This document shows positions 24,196 through 31,599 of a DNA stretch of 32,000 nt, piece after piece. The stretch covers positions 3,540,001 through 3,572,000 of the forward strand of contig NZ_LT934425.1 in the NCBI RefSeq assembly GCF_900232105.1, given 5' to 3'. Position 1 is the first letter of the stretch. Each line of letters starts with the position of its first letter. The DNA comes from Candidatus Kuenenia stuttgartensis. Its GTDB lineage: Bacteria > Planctomycetota > Brocadiia > Brocadiales > Brocadiaceae. A model generated the notes under the pieces. The model saw only the letters and a program-made list of their open reading frames with translations, searched no databases and was not told the DNA's origin. Both the position numbers and the translations under genes were made by a program.

Positions 24196-24470
24196 GTAAC
24201 ACTTTAGTTTTTTGAAAAATTCCCGGGATAGAAAAAATACCATGTAGCCCTGTTAGGGGCGGTCTGTTTGTAGCGCAATAAAATTTAATAAGGTAAATAG
24301 CTCCGTAGGAGCGGCCTGTCCGTATTCAGGTAGACCTGTTTATATGGATTTACAAGAGACAGGTCGCTCCTAACAGAGCTAATCTCTGTTATAATATCCT
24401 ATTTTGCTACAAACAGGCTGCTCCTACGGAGCTTATAGGTAGTACATTTTTCAAAAAACTAAAGTGTTAC
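24196..24470. mobile_element. MITE-like palindromic element, family A (275 bp), best-preserved copy
   Basis: Ends are GTAACACTTTAGTTTTTTGAAAAATTCC and, as reverse complement, GTAACACTTTAGTTTTTTGAAAAATGTA (25/25 over the shared part). Flanked by CAGAAGTC (24188-24195) and CAGAGGTC (24471-24478). The core is made of TAGCTCCGTAGGAGCGGCCTGT / GCTACAAACAGGCTGCTCCTACGGAGCT units. Confidence 0.7.
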
Positions 24471-24640
24471 CAGAGGTCAGATCTCTGATTTTTAAACAGC
24501 ACGGACAAACGGAGTTTGTTCGTGCCACCCTTATCTGTTTGATTATAATATAGCATGATTCGCTATTCCTGCAGAACCAATTGTCGATGTGTGAAAACAC
24601 CTTTAATAAAATATATGCAAATGTAAAAAAGGAGGCATGG

Positions 24641-25615
24641 ATGGGACAAATTACCTATCTTGAAGCAATAAGGGAAGCCATGGATGAAGAGATGTCCCGC
24701 GACCCAGGCGTGTTTGTTTTGGGTGAAGACGTAGGGGTATATGGCGGGGCGTTTCGGGCAACGGAAGGGTTTTATGAGAAATACGGAGAGTGGCGGGTGC
24801 TGGATACCCCTTTATCGGAATCAGGGTTTACCGGAGCCGCAATTGGCGCAGCCCTCGTAGGTATGCGACCGATTGTTGAAATGCAGTTTGCTGATTTTAT
24901 TTCCTGTGCTTTTGACCAGTTGATAAACGTGGCGGCAAAGTTTCATTATCGCATGGGCACCGCCGTGCCTATGGTTGTCCGCGCACCTTATGGCGGCAAT
25001 ATACATGGCGGGGCATTTCACTCACAGTGTATTGAGGGATATTTTTTTAATGTACCGGGATTAAAAATTGTGGCACCGTCGAGTGTGTATGACGCAAAGG
25101 GTTTATTAAAGGCAGCCATCCGAGACAATGACCCCGTGCTCTATTGTGAGCATAAGTACCTTTACCGGCGGATAAAAGATACGGTTCCGGAAGATGATTA
25201 CATCGTACCGATTGGTATGGCAAAGGTGGTTCAGGAAGGCACGGATGTATCGGTTATTACGTATGGAGCAATGGTGCATACGGCTATTGAAGCGGCAAAC
25301 GAAGTGAAGACGAAAGGTGTTTCTGTTGAAATTGTCGATTTGAGAACACTCCTGCCACTGGATAAAAAAACAATTTACGAGTCCGTTAAAAAGACAAACA
25401 AGGTGATCATTCTGCATGAACAGACAAAGACGGGCGGCGTTGGCGCCGAGGTATCCGCATTGATTTCCGAATATTGTTTTGATGATTTGGATGCCCCGGT
25501 CATTCGCATTGCTGCCCCGGATACCCCGGTACCATACAGCCCTTTAATGGAAGAAGCATTTATCCCGCAAACAAAAGATGTGGTAAATACTATAGATAAA
25601 ATAATACGTTATTAA
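24641..25615 (+). CDS. 2-oxoacid dehydrogenase E1 component, beta subunit
   Basis: AAGGAGG lies 5 nt upstream of ATG 24641 (MGQITYLEAIREAMDEEM, the canonical E1 beta N-terminus). Motifs VLDTPLSESGFTGAAIGAAL and the transketolase-like C-terminal domain. The track start at 24581 is probably too far upstream. Confidence 0.92.
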   Translation: MGQITYLEAIREAMDEEMSRDPGVFVLGEDVGVYGGAFRATEGFYEKYGEWRVLDTPLSESGFTGAAIGAALVGMRPIVEMQFADFISCAFDQLINVAAKFHYRMGTAVPMVVRAPYGGNIHGGAFHSQCIEGYFFNVPGLKIVAPSSVYDAKGLLKAAIRDNDPVLYCEHKYLYRRIKDTVPEDDYIVPIGMAKVVQEGTDVSVITYGAMVHTAIEAANEVKTKGVSVEIVDLRTLLPLDKKTIYESVKKTNKVIILHEQTKTGGVGAEVSALISEYCFDDLDAPVIRIAAPDTPVPYSPLMEEAFIPQTKDVVNTIDKIIRY

Positions 25616-25630
25616 TTTGGAGAAATATAT

Positions 25631-26881
25631 ATGACCGTTGATATAATCATGCCGCAAATGGGAGAAAGCGTCGCGGAAGGCACCATTCTTAAATGGCTGG
25701 TTAACGAGGGTGATTACGTTGAGAAGGAACAGCCGCTGGTAGAAATCAGCACGGATAAAATTGATACGGAAATACCTTCGCCGTCTGCCGGTATCATAAA
25801 GAAGATTCTTTACAAAGAAGGCGCTGTCCTGGCGGTTCAAACCGTTATTGCTCAAATTGAAGAGGGCGAAATAAAGGCGCAGGCCGGAACAGTGAAGAAG
25901 GAGCAGGAAGAGAAAGAGAGGATTGAAATATCTGAAACGGCGGCAATTGTCGGTGAACGTGAAATGCATGAAAAAAGATATTCTCCTTTAGTAAAAAAAC
26001 TGGCAAAGGAATATAACGTCAGTTTGACGGAAATAAAAGGTTCGGGCGAATTTGGCAGGGTAACCAAAAAGGATATAATGGAATATATCTCTTCAAAGCG
26101 GGAGATTACTGCTTCAAAAGAAAAAATTGTCAAAGAAGCGGAGCGTGAGACGCTTATTCCGTTGCATCCAAAACGCAAAATAACGGCGGAAAGGATGGCG
26201 CTAAGCAGACAAACAGCGGCGCTTGTAACTACTGTATTTGAAGTGGATATGACGCCTGTGACAAAATATCGCGAACTGAATAGAGAAGCGATGAAAAGGG
26301 AAGGCATACATCTTACCTATCTCCCTTTTATTGCATTTGCAGTCGTACAGGCTTTAAAAGAACATGTCGCCTTGAATTCATCGTGGACGGATAACGGCAT
26401 TTTGCAGAAGAATTATATTAATCTGGGCATTGCCGTTGCCCTTGAGGATGGGCTGGTTGTTCCCGTTATTAAGGATGCGGATAAAAAAGATATGTTTCAA
26501 TTAGCACGGGAAATTCAGGAAATAGCAGTAAATGCCCGCTCAAAAAAATTGAAACCGGATGACGTCCGGGGCGGGACATTCACTATTACAAATTACGGCG
26601 TCAATGGCAGCCTGTTTGGGACTCCCTTGATATTGCAACCCCAGTCTGCAATACTAGGCGTTGGGGCTGTGGTAAAAAGGCCGGTTATTCTCGGTGATGC
26701 TGACGCCATTGCCGTCCGGTCAATGGTATATCTGAGTCTTTCTTTTGACCATCGGGTAATGGATGGTGCGCATGCCGATGCATTTCTTCATAAGGTAAAA
26801 GATATATTGGAGACGTGGGGAGAATCTCTATATGAACAGAAAAAGCCTAATCCTCCTGGCGGATATGGTGGAGTATGGTGA
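25631..26881 (+). CDS. Dihydrolipoamide acyltransferase (E2) with a single lipoyl domain
   Basis: Lipoyl-lysine motif EISTDKIDTEIPSPSAG. E3/E1-binding domain SPLVKKLAKEYNVSLTEIKGSGEFGRVTKKDI. Catalytic motif SLSFDHRVMDGAHA. Confidence 0.93.
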   Translation: MTVDIIMPQMGESVAEGTILKWLVNEGDYVEKEQPLVEISTDKIDTEIPSPSAGIIKKILYKEGAVLAVQTVIAQIEEGEIKAQAGTVKKEQEEKERIEISETAAIVGEREMHEKRYSPLVKKLAKEYNVSLTEIKGSGEFGRVTKKDIMEYISSKREITASKEKIVKEAERETLIPLHPKRKITAERMALSRQTAALVTTVFEVDMTPVTKYRELNREAMKREGIHLTYLPFIAFAVVQALKEHVALNSSWTDNGILQKNYINLGIAVALEDGLVVPVIKDADKKDMFQLAREIQEIAVNARSKKLKPDDVRGGTFTITNYGVNGSLFGTPLILQPQSAILGVGAVVKRPVILGDADAIAVRSMVYLSLSFDHRVMDGAHADAFLHKVKDILETWGESLYEQKKPNPPGGYGGVW

Positions 26882-27530
26882 AGCCTGGGAGTTGCAAAAA
26901 ACGCTGTTAGAGCTAAGGACCTCTGGAAAAATAGAAGATTGCCTGCTCCTTCTCCAGCATCCTCCTACCTTCACCTATGGCCGCAGATATAAAGAATCAA
27001 ATCTTATTTCAAATAAAATGTGCTATGAGAAAATCGGCATTGCTGTTTACAAAACAGACAGGGGCGGTCTTGCCACGTATCACGGACCTGGACAGGTAGT
27101 AGGGTATCCTATCTTAAAAATGCGTTCTTATACGAATGATTATTATGAATATCTGAGAATGCTTGAAGAGGTAATGATACAAGTAGTATCTGATTATGGG
27201 ATAACCGTAGACAGGAGAAAAGAATATACCGGCGTTTGGGCAGATAATGCCAAGATAGGTTTTATAGGCGTCAGGATTGCCACGGGTTATACGATGCATG
27301 GTTTTTCACTCAATGTTAATAATGACCTGTCTCCTTTTGAATATATAACCCCATGCGGAATTGACGGGATAAAGGTCGCATCCCTGCAAAGCCTATTGAA
27401 TACAACGGTTGATTTAAAAGAAATATATGAAAGGATTACAAATCATTATGCAAACATCTTCCAAACCGAAATAGTTTTCATAGAAAATACGTCACCATAT
27501 AGTATTACGAGGGCAATTGTATGCATATAA
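26832..27530 (+). CDS. lipB: Octanoyl-[ACP]:protein N-octanoyltransferase
   Basis: Motifs LLLLQHPPTFTYG, RGGLATYHGPGQVVGYPI, catalytic Cys in ITPCGIDG. Overlaps the E2 3' end by 50 bp if the ATG at 26832 is used (17 bp if 26865). Confidence 0.9.
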   Translation: MNRKSLILLADMVEYGEAWELQKTLLELRTSGKIEDCLLLLQHPPTFTYGRRYKESNLISNKMCYEKIGIAVYKTDRGGLATYHGPGQVVGYPILKMRSYTNDYYEYLRMLEEVMIQVVSDYGITVDRRKEYTGVWADNAKIGFIGVRIATGYTMHGFSLNVNNDLSPFEYITPCGIDGIKVASLQSLLNTTVDLKEIYERITNHYANIFQTEIVFIENTSPYSITRAIVCI

Positions 27531-30500
27531 ATCTCAGCCAATTATCGGCAGTTGAAATAACGAAATTCTCCAAAAACATTAAAGATAAATGTAGTGGACA
27601 TGCGTTTATGGAAGAATCGGTTCAGGAGGCAACAAAGCTTTTTTACAATTCATTTGTTACCGGTAACGGAAGCAGTTCTTTTGCATTAGTACACGTTTTT
27701 AAATCATGTTTTTACCAGGAACTTCCGGATGATGTTCAGTCATATATACAAAACAAGGTAACAACGAAATCAATAGTTTCACAAAGCAGGTATTTGACTT
27801 TATTAGGGACATGCGGCGATTTGGATGCATGGTGTGATAGAAAAAAATCCGGAAATCATATTGCCTTTCCCATGGATGAACCGCAATTGTCTCACAAATA
27901 TCCTATGATCGCTGCGCTTTTAACGCAAATAGGAGAATATCCTCTTTGTGAAGTAAATGCGGGAATAGATTTCCTCAAAAATGACCAACATAAAAATTAT
28001 GGGTTATATTGTATTGAAGATGCGGGAGACATGATGTCAATTCCGGATCAAACAAATTTTGTGAATACCCATTCCATAAAATCAGTTGTCGGGTTTGGTG
28101 GAAAATTTTCTTCAGGCAATGTCTATGCGATTATCATCTTTTCCAAAGAGTTAATTCGTAAAAATACCGCAAAATCATTTCTCGCCATCAATCCCGCGAT
28201 AAAGCAGATTATGCTGCCGTTTGAAATAGAGGGCAATATATTTAAAAATAGCCTGCACGCACCGAATTCAAATGGAATAAGCATTAATAATGATGAATCA
28301 GGCATAAACACCAAACAGTTTCATAAAAATAGTATTGATTACCACAAGAAATACCTTATTGAAAGAGAAATGTCTGCCGCCATCCAGGCTGAACTGGATA
28401 TGACAAATGAGTGCATGATTGAGGTGACAGAGGACTTGAAAAGGGCAAACAAAAGCCTGGAAGATGAAATCATTAAACGGCTTCAGGCGGAAAACGAACT
28501 GCAACAAAGTCAGAGTCAATTACAAGCAGTGTTTGATAATGCCGCAGCGTGCATTTACATAAAAGATATTGAGGGTAAGCACCTGTTTATTAATAAGCAA
28601 TATGAAAAGGTGTTTCACATTACCGGGGATACGATAAAAGGGAAAACAGTTTACGATATATTCCCACGGGAGATGGCGGAGGCATTACATAAGACCGATC
28701 AAAAAGTGCTTGAGTCGAAAACTCCTATGGAATTTGAAGAAATTGTTCTCCATGATGACGTCCCTCACACCTATCTATCAATAAAATTTCCGTTATATGC
28801 TTCAAATGACGTCCCTTACGGGGTGTGCGGGATTTCGACGGATATTACACAGCGCAAGGAAATGGAGATAGAACTTAAAAAAATGAATGCACTTCTCAAA
28901 CAGGATGCCGGGGAATATGCTGAAAGGCTGGGAAAACAGCATATTGAACTGGCAATGGAATCGCAAGAACGGAAAAAGACTGAATCCGCCCTGCAGGAAA
29001 GTGAAAAGCGTTTTCGCGTAATGTTTGATCAGGCTGCAGTGGGTTTTGCGCTTCAGGAAGTAAAGACTGGCAATTATATTTTAGTTAATAAAAAATACAA
29101 TGAAATTATGAGTAACGCACCGCTTGTCCATCCTGATGACCGGCAGGCAGTTTTAGTAAACAAACAAAAATTAATTGACGGTACGATTCATGAATTTATT
29201 ATGGAAGTGTGGTTTTTTCACGAGAATGGGGATACTGTGTGGGTGAACATGACGGTATCGCCCTTTTGGCAAACAGGAGAGGAACCTGATTTTTACATGA
29301 TAACGGTGGAAGACCTTACTGAACGTAAGAAGGCGATAGCTGCGCTTGAGGAAAGTAATGAAAAAATCCAACTGTTACTTAACTCCACAGGGGAAGGTAT
29401 TTATGGTATAGACGAGCAGGGCATATGCACGTTTGCAAATACTGCTTGCGTTAAATTGCTTGGATATGAGACCCCGCATCAGCTTATAGGAAATCAAATG
29501 CATAAAATGATTCATCATACCCACCGGGACGGCATGCCGTATCCCATTGAGGAATGTAATGTTTTTCAGGCGTACCAGAAAGGCGAAAGTATTCACGTCA
29601 TTGATGATATTGCATGGCGTGCCGATGGATCGTTTTTCCCTGTAGAGTATCGGTCATACCCGATATATAAAAATAATAAAAATATCGGAGCGGTTGTTAC
29701 TTTTCAGGATATTACTGCACGAAAACGCATGGAGAAAGAGCTTTTACATTCGAAAAAAATGCAGGCCCTCGGAACAATTACTTCCGGTGTTGCACATGAG
29801 GTGAATAATATCCTTGCGGCTATTGACGGCAATATACAGATGTTAATGAGACAGAATAAAGGCCGGAAGATGCTGCTGGACTCTCTTAAGATAGTTCACA
29901 AATACGTAAAAGACGGGGCTGAGATTGTTAGAAGATTAAATGAATTTACCAAAAAGAACGAAGATTCCCCCGGTTATGTGCCGGTTGATCTGGCTGAACT
30001 GACAAGGCATGTTGTGAGATTCCTCAGTCCCAGGTGGCAGGATATGGCTCAGGGGACAGGGATAAAGTATCGCATAAACACTGATGGACTTAAAAAAGTC
30101 AGGGATATAAAAGGCAATCCTTCAGAATTACGGGAAGTAGTATTGAATATTATCACTAATGCATTGGATGCCATGCCCAAAGGAGGTACCCTTTGTTTTA
30201 ATATCTGGGAGGATGAAGATAACGTAAATTTGAGTATTTCCGATACGGGGGCCGGTATGACTGAAGAGGTGATATCGAAAATCTTTGATCCTTTCTTCAC
30301 GAGCAAGGAAAAGGGCACAGGCTTAGGTTTGAGTGTTGTTTATGGGATTGTTAAAAGACATGGGGGTGTGATACACGTTTCCAGCACGGTTGGAATGGGA
30401 AGTGTTTTCCTATTATCGTTTCCATCAAAAAAAGAGGTTTATACGGTAGAAGAAGCACAAATAATCGGGACAAAAAAAGGGATGATGGAAGATAATGTAT

Positions 30501-30907
30501 TGGTGCTTGATGATGCGAACACAGTCAGCGATGCGGTGTTGGAGTATGGTGGGGGAAATAAGATATTGGTGATTGAGGATGAATTGGTTATAGGAAAGGT
30601 GTTGTGCAATTTTCTTACAGAGGGAGGGTATGTTGTTGAATATTGTAATAATGGTGCAGATGCATTAGATAAATTAAAACAATACAAATATGACATTGTC
30701 CTTTGTGATCTTGGGATGCCGGGGGTTTCGGGATGGGATATAATGAATGCAGTAGAAATGTTACAAGAAAAACCAAAGGTCGGTATAATTACCGGATTCC
30801 TGAATACCGCGGATACTTTTCCAGATAATAAAATAAAAGCAAATTTTATCATCAATAAGCCATTTGATTTAGAAGTTGTATTAGAACATATTCAGCAGAT
30901 ACTTTAA
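27521..30907 (+). CDS. Cytoplasmic hybrid sensor histidine kinase: unknown N-terminal domain, coiled coil, 3 PAS, HisKA, HATPase_c, receiver
   Basis: 1128 aa, no TM helix seen. PAS-like blocks start near LQAVFDNAAACIYIKD, FRVMFDQAAVGFAL and IQLLLNSTGEGIYGID. H-box SGVAHEVNNIL, N-box NIITNALDA, G1 DTGAGM, G2 GTGLGLS. Receiver KILVIEDE...VLCDLGMPG...INKPF. Confidence 0.9.
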   Translation: MHINLSQLSAVEITKFSKNIKDKCSGHAFMEESVQEATKLFYNSFVTGNGSSSFALVHVFKSCFYQELPDDVQSYIQNKVTTKSIVSQSRYLTLLGTCGDLDAWCDRKKSGNHIAFPMDEPQLSHKYPMIAALLTQIGEYPLCEVNAGIDFLKNDQHKNYGLYCIEDAGDMMSIPDQTNFVNTHSIKSVVGFGGKFSSGNVYAIIIFSKELIRKNTAKSFLAINPAIKQIMLPFEIEGNIFKNSLHAPNSNGISINNDESGINTKQFHKNSIDYHKKYLIEREMSAAIQAELDMTNECMIEVTEDLKRANKSLEDEIIKRLQAENELQQSQSQLQAVFDNAAACIYIKDIEGKHLFINKQYEKVFHITGDTIKGKTVYDIFPREMAEALHKTDQKVLESKTPMEFEEIVLHDDVPHTYLSIKFPLYASNDVPYGVCGISTDITQRKEMEIELKKMNALLKQDAGEYAERLGKQHIELAMESQERKKTESALQESEKRFRVMFDQAAVGFALQEVKTGNYILVNKKYNEIMSNAPLVHPDDRQAVLVNKQKLIDGTIHEFIMEVWFFHENGDTVWVNMTVSPFWQTGEEPDFYMITVEDLTERKKAIAALEESNEKIQLLLNSTGEGIYGIDEQGICTFANTACVKLLGYETPHQLIGNQMHKMIHHTHRDGMPYPIEECNVFQAYQKGESIHVIDDIAWRADGSFFPVEYRSYPIYKNNKNIGAVVTFQDITARKRMEKELLHSKKMQALGTITSGVAHEVNNILAAIDGNIQMLMRQNKGRKMLLDSLKIVHKYVKDGAEIVRRLNEFTKKNEDSPGYVPVDLAELTRHVVRFLSPRWQDMAQGTGIKYRINTDGLKKVRDIKGNPSELREVVLNIITNALDAMPKGGTLCFNIWEDEDNVNLSISDTGAGMTEEVISKIFDPFFTSKEKGTGLGLSVVYGIVKRHGGVIHVSSTVGMGSVFLLSFPSKKEVYTVEEAQIIGTKKGMMEDNVLVLDDANTVSDAVLEYGGGNKILVIEDELVIGKVLCNFLTEGGYVVEYCNNGADALDKLKQYKYDIVLCDLGMPGVSGWDIMNAVEMLQEKPKVGIITGFLNTADTFPDNKIKANFIINKPFDLEVVLEHIQQIL

Positions 30908-30940
30908 AGGGATAGATAATTCGTATCTGCTTTGTATTTT
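30894..30940 (+). terminator. Possible intrinsic terminator of the kinase gene
   Basis: AGCAGATAC (30894-30902) pairs with GTATCTGCT (30923-30931), followed by TTGTATTTT. The 20-nt loop is long, so confidence is low. Confidence 0.35.
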
Positions 30941-31013
30941 AAAAGAGGTTAAAGTTATTCGCGTGGTAGGTACAATATGTACATGCGCACGCGCATTTGG
31001 AGTTGCAGAAAAA

Positions 31014-31184
31014 ATGAGTTGGACGTGTCCTCACCAAAAAAATAATGAATGTATCCGGTTAAAGAAACCATGCCAGCCTCTGCAGAAGGGTTGTGTGTTG
31101 GAAGATAAAGTTACATTTATAGATTTTCAATATGAGGATAACGAAAATCAAAAACATTCAAAAAAAGGTAACTATCCAGCGTAA
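31014..31184 (+). CDS. Hypothetical small cysteine-rich protein (56 aa); coding status uncertain
   Basis: MSWTCPHQKNNECIRLKKPCQPLQKGCVLEDKV... has 4 Cys in the first 26 aa. Weak Shine-Dalgarno. The last 6 codons (GNYPA-stop) are supplied by a family-B repeat terminus. Confidence 0.3.
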   Translation: MSWTCPHQKNNECIRLKKPCQPLQKGCVLEDKVTFIDFQYEDNENQKHSKKGNYPA

Positions 31185-31340
31185 ACATTACCGCCAAACA
31201 CCGGCTACGGATTGCGTTGCTCGCCTGGAAGCCGGTTTTTGTACCATTTTAGTTTTTTGAAAAATTCCAACAATAACAAAATACATAAAACCAGGGTGTA
31301 GGGACGAAGCATTTGCATTTCAAACTCGAAATCCTCAGAT
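31168..31340. repeat. Mosaic of repeat-element fragments (family-B end followed by family-A end and core)
   Basis: GTAACTATCCAGCGTAAAC (31168-31186) matches 17981-17999. GTACCATTTTAGTTTTTTGAAAAATTCC (31241-31268) matches the family-A terminus. GTGTAGGGACGAAGCATTTGCA matches the 9541-9735 core. No partner ends. Confidence 0.5.
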
Positions 31341-31599
31341 GAGTGTCAGGGGGAGCATTCCCGATTTTTTGTAACCGATTATGTGATTGGGGCAAAACAA
31401 CATTGCCAGGGATTAATACTACTGTACGTTTCATTAAAACATGGCAGAAATCACAAAAAACCGGGAATGCAGCCAGAGTTGACGTTTGAAGAATCAGCCC
31501 CACAAGGGCATGAAAGCTGCAAGAGACGTGGCAAGTCTGTCCCCCGCTGGCGAGAGGCATAGTTTGAACCGGTTTGTTGATATTATCAAGGAGAGATGT

